Source: Chrysomallon squamiferum (taxonomy: Eukaryota; Animalia; Mollusca). From it: a stretch of 64,000 nucleotides of DNA. Where the stretch lies: the NCBI GenBank assembly GCA_012295275.1, contig CM022679.1, positions 3,286,001 to 3,350,000 on the forward strand, written 5' to 3'. Under the pieces are notes generated by a model. That model had not been told where the DNA came from and made no database searches. It saw only the letters and a program-made list of their open reading frames with translations. Of the stretch, positions 1 to 15,555 are shown one piece after another (the stretch's first letter is position 1; every line of letters begins with the position of its first letter). A program made the position numbers and the translations under genes.

Positions 1-1561
1 TATGAGTACAAAACACATTAACGTGAATCAACGTTAGTCCATTAAGTGAAAGTCTTGTAAATACGTGGTTAATAGATCTGTCGGTGACTTTAAAATTTAG
101 CTCTCTTCTGTGAAACTGTGACGTTGTCTTGCTCTGTATTTAAAATGATAATGTCTTCTTCCTCTTTGAAGAAAGAGTTCCCAAACGTTCATAACACCCA
201 GTCAATGATTTAGTGAGTATTCTGTCAGTGAACTGTTCAGTAAGGTGTTATTCAACTAATAGTCAGTATATCGCTGTCAGTTAGTAATGAGGGCGAATCT
301 GTCTGTGTGTCTGTCTGTCTGTATGATAAAAGCTCATTTAGTAACGCTTTTCTTTCAGTATTTAATATTTATAGTTGAAAATATGAGATGTATCAGTTAG
401 AAAAAGAAAATTTAAAATGAAAGATATATTTATCTGTCTATCTATCTATCTTTCTATATATCTATATATATTATTTAATAAAGGAAATAAAAATATGAAT
501 AACAGGCAAAGAAAATACGAATTTCAGAATTAATTGTAATAGAACATTTCAACAAAACAACAAAATCAACAACAACACCATAATTTATATAAAACAAAAG
601 TTAAATAATAAGAAGAAGATGAAGGAGAAGAAAAAAAAAAAAAAAAAAAAGGAAGAGAAATGAAAACAGCACTGAACCCGTTCAAACCAAACAAACAAAT
701 AAACAAATAAATAAATAAATAAAAAATTTAAAAAACTATATATTTAAAAAAAATAATAATAATAATTAAAAAAAATAAAATAAAATAAAATAATAATAAT
801 AACAACAACAATACAACGTGAATTAAAGAAAAAGAAAAAGGTTACAACTACTGATATTTTCTCATACTTGATTTAACACGATTGTCTCCGAACTGCTGAA
901 AAACAAACACGTGTGTTTGTGTTTTGTTTAACTTGTTTACTTAGCTCAGAGTTAGGAGAAATACGACAAACTATTCTTTCAGCACGAAAAACTCGCCTTC
1001 TTCTCCACATCTGAAGAAAACTGAGTAAACAGTAGTAAAATGGCGACAGTTCATTCTTCTGCCCTGTAGTACATACACGACAAGCGTACTTGAACAGTTT
1101 GACAGAGAAACTCTACCACAAATTACTTACGACATATATTCATACAATGACGTTGTTATAAAGTTCAAAAATACTGTTTTATAATACTACAAATACTACT
1201 ACTACTACTACTACTACTACTACCTAGTAATAACTTTATTAATATGTAGATGGTTTGTCTGTTTACAGAAATACATTTGTACATGTTTTTATTTATTTTT
1301 ATTATTATTGTTGTTTTTTTTTTTTTATTTTTTTTTTTCGGTTATAAATAATAATTAAAATGAACGTATTATAAACAGAATCTATAATTTTAATAAAACA
1401 GAAATATTCAAAGAATATCAAAATATTGAAAAGTTCAATGGTGGAAGCACAGCATTAACAACAACGTCAGCAACAATAGCAACAACAAAAGCAATAATAA
1501 TAATAATAATAACAACAGCGTTACTACTACTGCTTCTACTACTACCACCACTACCACCACC

Positions 1562-1598
<37 letters not shown>

Positions 1599-1926
1599 TT
1601 AATAATAATAATAATAATAAGAAGAAGAAGAAGAAGAATGAAAAAAGTGCAAAATCACTGTGTTTATTCCCTTGTCAAAAACAATCGTTTTTGTTTGTAA
1701 CGTTTTTCCCCTGGTTAGAATTAACTGAAAGTTCTAATGAACTTGTTGTTACAACTCAACATCAGAGAAGCGGACGAAAGCAGACTTTGTCAAACAAATT
1801 TGGCAAACCGCGCTAAGCCGGATAATCCGATCTATAACCAAGAACAGAACACTTTGATGTGGTGTACACTTCAACATGTCTGAAATGTCCACACAATGTA
1901 ATTAAAACAAAGATACTTATCGTGGG

Positions 1927-2053
<127 letters not shown>

Positions 2054-2533
2054 AGATGAAAAACATGTACAAGTGTATATATGTATAAATATATATGTGA
2101 ATGTATATATGTATCTGTATGTGTGTGTGTATTTTTTGTTTTTGCTATTTCATTTTATAGCTCTCTGTTATCTTTCTCTTTACTTTTAATTATTATTAAA
2201 TTTTTTTTTTTGAGTGTTTTATTTTGCTGTTTTGTTTCTTTTATTTTTTTTCTTCCACTTTATTTTTTCATTTTTATTTAACATAAAATGTAAATACAAA
2301 ACACTGAAGTAAAAAAACTAGAACAACTAATTGAAAAGACTGTGAGAATAAACAAATAAATCAAATATATTATATAAATAAATAAATAAATAATAACAAA
2401 ATAATAACAATTAAATAAAATAGTTTAGTATTTTAAATTTAAATAAATAAATAAAAAAGTTTAAAAATAAATCAAAAATATTATATAAATAAAAATAATA
2501 ACAAAATAATTACAATTAAAAAAAATAGTAGTA

Positions 2534-2576
<43 letters not shown>

Positions 2577-3874
2577 ATGTAAATAAAAATAGACATAAAC
2601 ATAATGATGTCAGACATAAACAACTTTCAGACTATACAACAACAAAAAAAAAAAACGAGAGAAGAAACAGAACAAAAAGCAACTTTCGGTTACACACTGT
2701 ATCAGTTACAACCACGCACTCTTGTGATGTCGTTTCACCTGGGTGACGCTGTTTGATGCGTCTTTTCTTAACAGCACGTTTCGTTGTCGTTGTTGACGTA
2801 GTGTGAGAAAACAGCCCGGTGTAACAGGTCACCATGACGTCTGTCTTTGTGAGAACGTGAGGAGGAATATTTTTAACAGAAATAAATGTTGCTATTGACA
2901 ACAGCGCCATGATTCACGCGTGGGGGCGACGCATTGTCGAAGTTTCAAAGGCTCGGATACACTGTGGGTTGAGAAGTTGTCACACCCTATTTCTCTTATA
3001 TACATATATACATACATATATATATATTTATTTATTTAAAGAACATTGCCATAAGCAAAGTTTTCTTTTTTATGCTTTTATCTTCATTCAGATCTAGGGT
3101 TATGATTTCCTTTTTCCAAACGACATTTTATTTTATTTTTTTTTTTTTTTGTAATAAATATAATAAAAGTTGTTTTCATTACCTTTTCTGTATTTCTTTT
3201 TTTTTCTGAAATAACGAGATACATTTTCATGTAATAATAATAAAAACCAAAAAACCCAGCAGCAACAAAACAAAACAAAACAAACAAAAAACAAACGCAA
3301 TGGTGCCCTCCTTCTTAGTGCATTCACCGAGACATTTTTCATCAAAAACAACTGATTTATAAAAGTTTTTGTTTTTATGTATATGAGAAGGTACCTTTAA
3401 AATATCACTTGTTGCTAATCACAAAAGAGTAGCCCGTGTGTGCGGACATTTGATGTATTTCTACTTATATGCATGTCATTAACCTTATTTTATAATGCCA
3501 CATATTAATATGAAAGTATTAGTGTGAATTTCACCCTGTGTAGTGTGTGAATAAGGATTGTTTATTTGTTTTCAGAGGAAGTACCATTGTACGTACCATC
3601 TGAACAAGAGAAAGTAAACTCTACAGTGGATGCGTTTGGTTACCAGTATAGATCTTATATATATATACGTATTATCTGAATAGTTTATATTGACTCAGTA
3701 AGTAAACGTTATAATGTAAAGTTAAATATTTGTTTTTGTGAAAGGAAAGGAAAAGAAAAAAAAATGTTTTGAAAGAGATGTAGTAAAGAATATGTAAACG
3801 TTAAAGAGATCGAAAAGTGAGATATATAAATAATCCAAAAGTTTATGGATTAAACTGAAAGGAGAGAGAAAGAT

Positions 3875-3961
<87 letters not shown>

Positions 3962-5298
3962 CACTATTCAGTTTTGTAATACAGTATTATCAGTTTAGTT
4001 ATATATTACGATACGGCTATAACTTAGCTGAAATTCTTGAATCAAAACAGTATAAAAAAAACATTTAACATGTACTCTAAGCGCCTGCAAATTAATGATA
4101 TTTATTCTCTCCAAAAAAAACAACCCCAAAACGTCTGAACGTCCTGAAAAGTGTTAAAACAAACACAAAACCATTAACAACATCTTGCTAATCCTCCAGC
4201 AGATTCTGTTACGCAAATTACAGTTAAATTGGAATCTTCTTTCTTTTCTTTTTTTTTTTTTTTTTCTCTTCTCTGTCATCTTTCTGAAATAGCTAACTGC
4301 TTTAAACTGTAGAATTGTGCAAAATCGTGTTTAAACAGTTTATCTGTTTATTCAGAACATGTGGGAGGACCAGTTACTGGGTTCTGAATGATGCTCTGGT
4401 GGACGTCTACTTAAGATCTTTCCGAACTGAAAAACCAACAAAAACAATGAGTCTTTCAATGTTGGTTTTGGGGATGGTGTCTGGATGCTAACCAAGCTGG
4501 CAGCATTTCAAGGCAAATGTCTAAAAATGTCGCCAGCTTTAGTGAAGACAATCCTCTTTACCAAAATAAATATTGGTTGTCTTTCTGTCGTCGGATCATC
4601 ACAGTTTTATAAACCAGAAAAAAAAAAAAAAAAAATAAAAAAAAATAAAAAAAATAAAATAAAAATAAAAAAAAAAAAAAAAAAAATTAAATGGTTGTTG
4701 CAAATATACACGAACCAAAGAATTAATTGTTTTAGATTTTCATTTTGTTTTGTTTGTTTTCAGCTTACATTAATTTGTGCTAGATCAGAATATAAAAACT
4801 TTGATTCGTAATTCAGGCTGTATACTGATGTCAGACGCGTATATCAAATAAAAATAAATAAATAAAAAATAAATAAAAATATATAGAGATGTTCAAGGTT
4901 TAAAGCTTTCCATCATTTAACTTCAAGATAAATCCAAGCTTTACAGTTAGAGCACTAACTGTCTTAGATATGACGTTTATATTCAGAATTCCACTTGAAT
5001 GACTGACTGATTGTCTTCGCTTAGAGGTAGAATTTACAAACTTAAATAGCAAAGTAAAAAAAAAATAACGAAATCCTTTGTTGCTCCGTGATATAATAAC
5101 ACACCAAGTTTCAGTTCGGATATCCATGGCTGGTTCGACACAATGCTGAACGCTCAGTTCATTAATCATAACTCACCGATATTCGTGAGAAAAACGTCAA
5201 TATTACGTAACAGTGTATTAGGATAACTGTGTGAGAAAACAGAACATTTCTTTTTCTCCGTTATTTTATTCTCCTCTCTTTCTTTCCTTTAGTTTAAT

Positions 5299-5395
<97 letters not shown>

Positions 5396-8300
5396 TTAGT
5401 GAAAACAATACAATAAAGAACCAAACCAAACAGATACCCAGGAGTACAAAAACTGGTTTAAAAATAAAATTAAAACAAGATCAACTCTTGAAGTTTCTCA
5501 CGCTAGTGTCACGATCAGATAATGTCAACATCGTTTTCTATTTCCTTGCTAAGATGGCGGGATGTTGTTAACACGATATAAAGACTTTTGTGTACAGAGT
5601 GTTTTAGTAACGTGGTTGTACCTTCACACCACCCTGGAACTCATGATGTATTCTCAGTAAACAAGGAAATTAGTCCTTTTTACAAATTTGCCTTTTTTTT
5701 TTCGTTCAAGTGATTAAATATTCTTTTTTTCTCAAACGATGATAATGGTAAAAAAGAAAACCTAGCGATACAATTCTTTAGGCTTATCATAAATATTTGA
5801 AGGAAAAAGATCTAGGTAAACAAAGGAAATCTCAATCCAACATTATATATAAATGTCTTCTTTTTTAATCTTTCAGCTGACAGGAATACCGTTGTACAGT
5901 TATGTTTATATATCAACATAACGTGCTTTAAAGGGTGGAAAATGAATAATTATTTATGGTGAAATCTTAAGATTAAGTCGTTTTTCAGAATTTTTAACAA
6001 AATAACATAATTTTTTAATGTTTTGAATGGACAATAAAAATTCTGGTTGAAGGAGTAAAATTACAATACAAAACAATACAAAATAACACAACACAACATG
6101 ATATATATCATCCCAGGAAGGACAAAGTAACGAATGCGGGATGATTCCATGATGAAACCAAAGTCTGAACTACCGAACCATAACTCTTCCCAAAAATTAA
6201 TATTAAAACAAATCTTGATACACACTGGACACACACCTCCAGCTACACTCGTCAAATTAATCAAAATACAATTTACGTAACAGTCACTCGAGGTATCAGA
6301 AAACCAATTCAGAAACACGTTTGTAGTCGAGAAGAAAACATTGACAAATATTGTGATGAAAAACAAAGGCACAACGCACGATTAGATCTGTAAATAAAAG
6401 TCTGATTTAAGAACATAACACTTAGAAATGAAAAATGTCGTCGCCATAAAATTGAAAACAAATATTGCAGAAACGCGACATGATTACAGAGATGTATATA
6501 AACTGTATATATCTGCTTACTTAAAAATAATAAAAAAAAAAAAAAAAAATGAAACCCCCATCCCCATAAATAAATAGATAAATAATAAAAAAAAGTAACG
6601 TTGTTGTTGTTCTTGATGATGATGATGATGATAAAGACGGTTTTAACAGTTGGATATTAACAAATTTGCTTCATCTGGCTATCACATGACGTTCATCACC
6701 ACTGACACAAAACACCAGTATAAATTCAAACGTATGATAAACCTGTATGTTACGAATCTAACAAACCTGTCATGGTCTTTTATTTTTCACCATACTGGAC
6801 TTTTAACTATAATTATATCTTGTTTCTTTGCGAGCATTTGTATACGCGACTATTATACGAACGGATATTATGTTGACATGAAAAGAAATCCAGTCAAGCA
6901 GATCTCTCTCTGCTTACAACAGGGTTTTTTACAGCCACTAAAACTTGACAAAACAGTTTTACGTCGGTGTAGTTTGCTGAGGATCATTAAAGACCGGTGC
7001 TGAAGGATCAGAGACAATCTGTTCAGTGTTTAGTGCTGACAGATCGAGTCAGAGTTTAACATGTTGTTGATACGAAGCACTCACATTCACAGTTAATTTG
7101 GTTGCTTCAGATTACAAATGTGATAAAAAAAGTAAAAAGTCAAGACAGAAACGGCAATAAAATGAAAAGAAAATTGAAATAAAAAGAATAAGCATATAAA
7201 CACGTTTTATAACTGATATATATACATATTTCTATGAATGTTTCTACACGTATAATGTTTAAAACGAAAGCCTTTTAATTAACCAGTCGCAGAATATTGG
7301 CTCGCTTTCTCTTTTTGTGTACCAGTTGATATTTGTGCATAATACAGAAATAAAATTAATTTAAATGTGATTATGACTTATTGAAGGTTGTCGGTTTATT
7401 ACCAAAACCAGGAACAGAACGCACTACACACCAGGACTTACAACTATGGGCAAACCAATGTTCTGTAGAACTCGATCAAGCGGGTAGTTTGTTCCGTGTT
7501 TAAATACGCATAAATCTCCTTTGAACGAGACGTTTTTTGTTGAAATAATACTCTTATAAGTTAGTCATCTGATAAACACAAAACAGAATAAACTTGGTAT
7601 TGCTGACAAACAACAGAATCTGATATAAAGTGTCAACAACTCTGTGTTATGTATCTCAATACCAAACAAAGACGGTCATTTGCGTGAAATGAGAGATTCG
7701 TGGACAGTGTGTGTCAAAGACAAAACAAAATCATCCCTGTACAGAAATTACAGCTCTGAGGAGGTCAGTTCGTATTGGAAACTCAAATAATGGACATTCA
7801 TTTGAGTAAGAAATGTCAAACTGGCTGTTTCATCAGTTACACACGTTTTTGTAATGCATTCCAAACAGAGGTAATGTGTCACGCAGCAGTGCTCTCAGTT
7901 TATAAATGGAATTAGAAAAAAAAAAAGAAAAAAAAGCAATATGTTGTGTGACCAAGCGCTGTGTAATTTGCATTGTGTTTAGTAATGTCTGAAATTAATC
8001 CAAAAAATGCTATAGTCAGTTACAGATATGTGTTTGTACTATAGTATTATTACTTTTTTGTAACCGAGTTTTAGAGGATTGAACTAAGTATTATTAATTG
8101 AAGAGTTTATGCAGTGATAGCTGAATACTTAGAAGTCAAAATCATAGCCAAAAGTGGGTTTTCGAACATAAACACAATAGTGGCATTAAGAATGATTATG
8201 AAAAAACTGTATCGTAACTAATATTTATAGTTTGTAATGGCTGTTAGTATTTTAAACGTGATTTAAATATTCACTGCTTCGTCTGAAAGAGAATTACAGG

Positions 8301-8690
8301 CTTAAAGAGAGCGACTCGAATTAAAAACGATTTCTTTCTGCATAAAACAAACAACGTTTCAGAAACGAATGTTTTCATTGAAAATAATTATTTATCGATA
8401 ATATAATCAACACACATAATTATAGTATTCACATCAAGTTGGAAGCTATTTTGGCAGTTGTCTTATTAATGTGATATATAATTTAATAGTGTATATGTAT
8501 ATAAAAGAGATAAAAGGATTGGACAATTTTTATTACACTGTAAACAGAAACATGACAATAATGGCTGGTATGAGACAGGCTGCTGGAGAAAAGAGAAAGG
8601 TAATACAACATCCAAGAGAACTGCAGAAATAAAACAAAGTGACGTGAAATTACGAGATTAAAGACAGCTAGTTAGGGAAAATGGACGTCT

Positions 8691-8752
8691 TCACAGAGAC
8701 ATAATTGTGAAATGGGTGAATTCACAGAGACATAATTGTGAAATGGGTGAAA
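8691..8752 (+). repeat. 31-bp tandem duplication
   Basis: tcacagagacataattgtgaaatgggtgaa occurs twice in tandem. Confidence 0.85.
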
Positions 8753-8931
8753 TGTTAAATTTCGGTCAAGTATTTCACGTTGTTCTCGAAGTTCACAATA
8801 AAAACCCGAGACAAAAAGTATGTTAATGGCTGACACAGAATAGCAGCGGTTGCTAGCAACATGGAATGCATTTCCAACAAAAAAGGTTGTTTATATTGTG
8901 TGTAATAAAACTACATAAACCGTCACGCACA

Positions 8932-8994
<63 letters not shown>

Positions 8995-9196
8995 GTCAAA
9001 TCAAACATAAAAACATGTGTGAATAAAGTGTTGTAGTTAATAACTGTTAATGAATGATACGTTTTTCAGTTCAATAATACACAGTGTAGAAAATTTATGG
9101 GTTCCTGTATTAGAAACTTAAATACTCTGTTTATTTTGTTTTTGTGCTTGTGTACTGCACACACATTAAATAAACAGTAACACACACGTTCGTTCT

Positions 9197-9236
<40 letters not shown>

Positions 9237-9310
9237 TACACACATAAACAACAGATATATATATACACACACACATATAGTTATACATATATCACTTATA
9301 CGTTTTACAC

Positions 9311-9369
<59 letters not shown>

Positions 9370-9559
9370 AAAATCGAGATAAAATACAAATAAACTTAAA
9401 ATTGATTGTTTATTACCGATATCATCATAATCATTTTCGTTATTATTTTGGTGATGATGATGATGAAAAATCTACATTTTAAAATATTTTACAATTCTCT
9501 AATTTTGAGTGTTGACATTAAGTCCTTCAATTTCTATCAACAATCTATGTATGCCTCTC

Positions 9560-9648
9560 ACCTCTGACCTCATCCACAACCTCTGACCTTAACCACAACC
9601 TCTGACCTCGTCCACAACCTCTGACCTGAACCACAACCTCCCACCTCG
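9560..9648 (+). repeat. 19-bp tandem repeat (ACCTCTGACCTNRNCCACA), ~4.5 copies
   Basis: acctctgacctcatccaca/acctctgaccttaaccaca/acctctgacctcgtccaca/acctctgacctgaaccaca read directly. Confidence 0.85.
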
Positions 9649-10680
9649 CTGGCTAGATACTTGAAAAATTCATTCATTAACTCCATTAGTTTTATTTCGA
9701 TCAGTTATCCAGTCAATGCTTTAAGTGTTAACGGGACCATATCGTTGATCGATCGAAGAAACGAAGCACGTATAAAAGCAGATGTTACCGCCGGCGTTGC
9801 GAACAGCGCACGACACACGTTAACAACAACGCAACGAACACTTTTATTGCATTAATGAAACACTATTTACTTAATTTAAACAGTATTCGCTGTATTGCTG
9901 AATACGAGGAGAAACTGAAGAAATTGTATAGTCGATAGATCGTAAAGGAGTATGGTTTACATCTGTAATTGTGTTTAGTTTATGTTGCGTTTATTTCTGT
10001 CAGGTGTTGAATTTAAAACGACGCGACATTTATATACGATATTTAAGAAATTAGGTAATCTATAATAATTTAATAAAAAAATAAATAAAACGAAACAGTT
10101 AAGAAAAAAGAGGTTGATAAATAAAGGAAAGAAAAGGAAAGAAATGAAAGAAAGAAAAGCTGGAAGAAAATTAACAAAATAAATATATTTAAAACATACA
10201 TACTGCAAATAAAATAAAATAAATTTATTAAGTGAAATATAAAATTTAAGGATTCAGCAAACTAACGCACGCACGCACAGAAATACAGACTTGAGAAGTC
10301 CCCCAGAACCCTAGAAAATGTCAGACTCCAGGAATCACATTATAATTGGTTCCTATAATTATTTATGTCAAACTTTATTGTTAACAATATGTTTGGTGCA
10401 TCAGAAGTAGTTATAGTAGCATTGTTGCTATCAGTATTAAGCTTCGGTGAATATAGTAAGAGAAGATACCATATTAACAGCAGTAGTAGTAGTAGTAGTT
10501 AGTACAATAATATAATGTAGTGATATAATAATTATATGTGTATGTATGTGCGCGCGCTGTTTGATCTCCATTTCATGCAATGTAACGGTCAGTATATGTT
10601 CTTTATAAACTAAAATACATATAGTATATATAAATAAAAAAAAGTAATAAATAATAACAATAAAGCGAGGAATGACTGCT

Positions 10681-10763
<83 letters not shown>

Positions 10764-11367
10764 AAAAAATAAAATATATATCTACTAGCACAGATTATTC
10801 TTATTAACTATTGTTCTGTATTTAATGGAACTAATTAAAATTGTTTAAAATATGTTTATATGAGACAAACATTTGATGGGTAATAGTTAATAATTATGTT
10901 AATTTAGAAGGTGATGGCTTGTTGTAATAATAATAAGTTTTAATGACTTTTCGTGAAATGGAAAAACTAAAATGAAATGAACTAAACACAGGTTACACAC
11001 AAAGAAAATTCTGTTACGTCTTCTTTCTGTATTACAGAAACTTCCTACTTTTGTAGAGAGAACAACAACATTATTAAAATTAATTATACACACTACTACT
11101 AGGATGAGCCTAAGAAGATTCCTGTTATCTGCAAGACCAAGACTTAATTAATTTAATAATCTCTTTATTTATTAATTAAATGACTGTTGTCTTAATAGTG
11201 GAAATTACTCACTAAGATATATTATTATAATTAACATTCATTACTGATACTTTGTTACATCTGAATCCTACATTCTTCGTCAAACGTTTGAAGCATGCAT
11301 TTCCTGGACACACACAGAGTTGAAGCCTGGTTTTATGTTATTTAAAATATAAATTTAAAATTGATGT

Positions 11368-11396
11368 TATTATTATTGTTGTTGTTGTTGTTGTTG

Positions 11397-11470
<74 letters not shown>

Positions 11471-11505
11471 CATTATTATTGTTATTTTTATTATTATTTT
11501 TGTTG

Positions 11506-11560
<55 letters not shown>

Positions 11561-11575
11561 TGATGATGATGATGT
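11368..11575. repeat. (ATT)n/(GTT)n compound microsatellite
   Basis: Direct reading; explains ORFs 11361..11612 and 11373..11681. Confidence 0.95.
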
Positions 11576-12490
11576 ACATTTTCGTGCAATAGAACATTTT
11601 ATAATTATCTAAGTTTGAGTATAAGTAATTGGTCCAATAACTTCCATCACCAGTTTTTCTGTGTGTACCTTTCATAGTCACAGTAAGTAAGAATTCAAAG
11701 TTTATTATTTTACCGTTCTCACCATTTACCTCGGGATGGAAATATTACAATAATTAATATTATTTTATGTACCATTTTCAGTTTACGAATAACAGAATCC
11801 ACATTATAAAATATCGTTAGAGAGTACATCTATGCCATTATGCCTTAATTAGTTTGTACGTGATAGTTATACGATTCAAAGCTGTTGATTATTTATGATG
11901 ATATCCGTTCGGCAAATCTTCAGTAATAAATATTAAAAATACAGCAACGTATACAAAAAAAAGTCCTGATATATTATTTAAATGAAGTGGATGTGAATTA
12001 CGCTCTATATACTTTGTACAGTTGGCATGTACATTACATTAAACACATAGATTTTGTCACTTTCATTACATACAGCGCCATAACAGCAATGGAAATGGAA
12101 TACGATAAACAGAACATGGATTTCGCGGAATTCCAATCAATAATTTATCGATCTTTGGGCGTGGTTCTATAACGAACTGTTTTGTTGAATTCCTGGCTGT
12201 GTTTTTCTTTGGAAAAACGGTAAAACTATATTTATAATGCCTCTGTAGAACACAGGAGTGGCAATTTCAGTGAATATATACCGTTTTAATAAATTATATA
12301 ATTATAGGAGAAAAAAAAGATGGAAACTGACATTAATGAAAAAAAAAAAAAAAAAAAAAAAAAAAATGTATTAATAATAAATAATAATAATAAAAAAAGA
12401 GTTAAATAATTGAATATCTAACTAACTAACTAAGAGTCATTGATTATATGGAGGCTTAGATAGCTTTTGTATTCACTGAAGTAGCACATT

Positions 12491-12525
<35 letters not shown>

Positions 12526-12722
12526 TAATAATAAATAAATAAATGAATAAATAAATGAATAAATAAATAAATAAATAAACGCATGCTAATACATACAATT
12601 CTATATGATATAACGTTACTAACACACAGGGATACGAAACACTCATTGTTTCTGGAACACAAAGAAAAGCTGCTTACAAAAAACGATAATCACAAAAGAA
12701 GTAAACGCTAGTAAATCTTACC

Positions 12723-13380
12723 TGTGAGAATTATCCGCACTCTCTCTCTCTCTCTCTGTGTGTGTCAACTTTCTGTGTTTACAAACACACACGCAGATCT
12801 AGTGACGTTCACAATACACACACAGGCATCACGTACACTACTAGTTAACGTCACGGTATTGTATATAATAAAATACTGTCCACAGTTCAGTTGTTATCGA
12901 CAGTGACTAAAACAATTCGTGGTGTTGTATGTTCGTCCCCGTTCTAGCGTTGTCGATCTGGGTTCGTATAAAGAGAGCGGCCAGTCGAAAACAAAGAAAA
13001 GCCGGTCAGTTCATCACTGTTGTCTAATTTTCCTTTCATCTCTTCAACCAGGCTACAGGTATCCACGTTCTGTAGGCAGCTGTTTCAACCTCAGGAAAAA
13101 AAAAAAAGAGAGAAAAAAAAAAATAGGAAACAAACTATTGATCAATAAACGTCGGTTTATCCAATGGCAACATGCGATAAGGGTCACGGCAGTGATGTTA
13201 CGATGTTACGATAAATCTGATTGGTTCATACGGGACTCACTGACAGGCGGAGTAGCGTTTTATTGTACGCTTACAACAGTGTGCTTTGTTGTTAATACTG
13301 GCTGAATTAGCCGAAAAATGTTTAAACTGCGCGCGAGTTCAGGAGCGGGGGAGGGGAGAGATACTATCACAGGACACGAC
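12723..13380 (-). promoter_or_regulatory. Probable promoter and first non-coding exon of a leftward-transcribed gene
   Basis: Minus-strand donor CAG|GTAAGA at 12722; CpG-rich island; CCAAT at 13161; ATTGG at 13220; GGGGGAGGGG at ~13347. No coding exons of the host gene were identified. Confidence 0.35.
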
Positions 13381-14365
13381 TTATTGATTTTTTTCATCAT
13401 TAATTTTCTTATCTTCATTGAACTCATTACTTTATCCCAATAAATAATTATTATATTAATAATGCATCCTTCCTTTTTTGAAACCTGGATTTGCACCTCT
13501 ACATTTTTGCATGCTTGCATTAGAGTTACATTTCTTTATAAACGTAAATCGCAAAATGAATGGAAAATGTGTTGTGCTGTTAAACATTTTAACATGGTTT
13601 TATTGGTAGTTATAGTTTGAAAAGAAAAATCAATGGACTGTGTATTGTGGCGCGTATCCTATACAATAAGTACACGTGAACAAAAGTCTAATTCATTCAC
13701 GCGTTTGTCCTGTATCAGTCATTTACTTAAAGTTCAGAGATACAGAGTGCATGAATGTATTAAACCAAAAACTGAACGAGTTTGAATTCGTACATTTAAA
13801 GATTTTATAAAATTCAGCAGCGCCCAAATGATGTGAACTATCATTTTTAGCTGAACCCACGAACAGAAAAATATTTTATGACTTTATAATTTTTTATTTT
13901 TTTTTATTATTATTTTTTTTTAAAGTTTTATATGTATAGTAGATATATGTGTTAGACTACCTTGGTTCTAAGACGTTCATTTGAAACATGTTTGATGAAA
14001 ACGCAACAATATGTTTGTCTTGGACATAATCCGGGAACTGTGTCATCACTAAAGCAACCTCAGTGTTAAAACTCAGTTTAATGTTAACAACAATAACAAC
14101 AATTATTAATAAAACACATCAAAGACACCAAACTGAACTATAGTGTGTGTCGTTACTTTCTAAGTATTCAAATTGTTACCTACAAAACAACATTACACTA
14201 CTCTGTATTCATTTTTTTAAATGAGTGTTCGAATATTCAGTCGTATTTATTTTTGTTTCTTTTTTGTGTTTTGTTTGTTTATTTGTTTGTTCCTTTCTTC
14301 TGTTCGATTGTAATAAGTTTTGTTTCTTTCAGTTCTGAAATAGACGTAATGTTAATTAAAGTATT

Positions 14366-14715
14366 GTGTGTGTGTGTATGTCTGTGTGTGTGTCTGTGTG
14401 TGTGTGTGTGTGTGTGTCTGTGTGTGTGTGTGTGTCTGTGTCTGTGTGTGTGTCTGTGTGTGCGCGTGTGTGTTTGAGGTGGACGTGGGTCGCTATTTAT
14501 TTTTCTTCGTCTTTTCAATCAGTCTATCTGAAACCATAGCTGGTACCACTACTACCACTACTATTACCAACATTACTACAACAACAACAACTACTTCCAC
14601 TGTCACCACTACTTCTTCTACTTCTACTACTACTACTGCTACTACTTTTATTATAACCACTATTCTTTCTGCTACCACTAGTACTACTACTACTACTACT
14701 ACTACTATTAATAAT
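14366..14715. repeat. (TG)n followed by (ACT/ACC)n compound microsatellites
   Basis: Direct reading; explains the four overlapping ORFs at 14145-14745. Confidence 0.9.
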
Positions 14716-15280
14716 AGCACAATTGCTATTATTAATATTTCATAGTTTCTTTTATTTAAAATACATAATCAATGAAAATTAATTCTAAAATGTTAGGTGC
14801 ATGTGTCCACTTCATTCGTGTTAACAAATATTTGGACAAAGCAGCACATACCACACTCATTGATTTCTTGAAATTAGAAACAGCGGATCAATACCGCGAC
14901 AGAAGAATTAATTTGTACTAAGATCGTTCAGCGACATTATCAGGAGAGCATACAAAATTAATTGTATTAATGTAGATGCCAATAGAATTCGATCGAAATT
15001 GAATCGATATCTGCACGAGCTGGCGGCTGAGATCAATATCTTCAGGTATGGTTGACGAAAAGAAGGTGACTGGATATCAAACAAAGTTTCAGTAATGATG
15101 ACATTAAAAAGAGGAAAAACCTGATGGCTACATCATATGTTACGCTTACTGGTTAGCAGTAAGGACTCTTTTATTAATTTTTACATAAAAGAAATCATGC
15201 AGTGATTGATATTTCAGATTCCGGATATCGGGAAGAAGTGGAAATGTCACAAACAGGGCCCTGACAGGGTTGGAACTTAA

Positions 15281-15353
15281 ATTCTCAGCAAACTGTAGAC
15301 TACAGCTTGTTTCAGCAACATTCTCAGCAAACTGTAGACTACAGCTTGTTTCA
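15281..15353 (+). repeat. 39-bp-period tandem duplication
   Basis: attctcagcaaactgtagactacagcttgtttca at 15281 and 15320. Confidence 0.85.
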
Positions 15354-15496
15354 CTGACAAATCAGCGACATTCTCAGAGTATACACCAATGATTCTGTGA
15401 CCTCTTCCTTTATCTGACCTTTTCTACAACAACAGACCATTCCCAACTTGACCGAAGTGTAAACTAGACCATAATTTTTCTAAACTCCTTTGTTTT

Positions 15497-15555
15497 GGCT
15501 GGAACGGAAAATTGCTGAGGATCGGCGAGCGCTCTTCAACTGAGCTGCATCCTAG
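15497..15555 (-). mobile_element. Fragment of the same SINE family on the minus strand
   Basis: ggctggaacggaaaatt is the near reverse complement of aatttctcgttccagcc (56824-56840). It is followed by gagcgctcttcaactgagctgcatc, the reverse complement of a tRNA-like A-box head (gatgcagctcagttgaagagcgctc). Confidence 0.4.
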
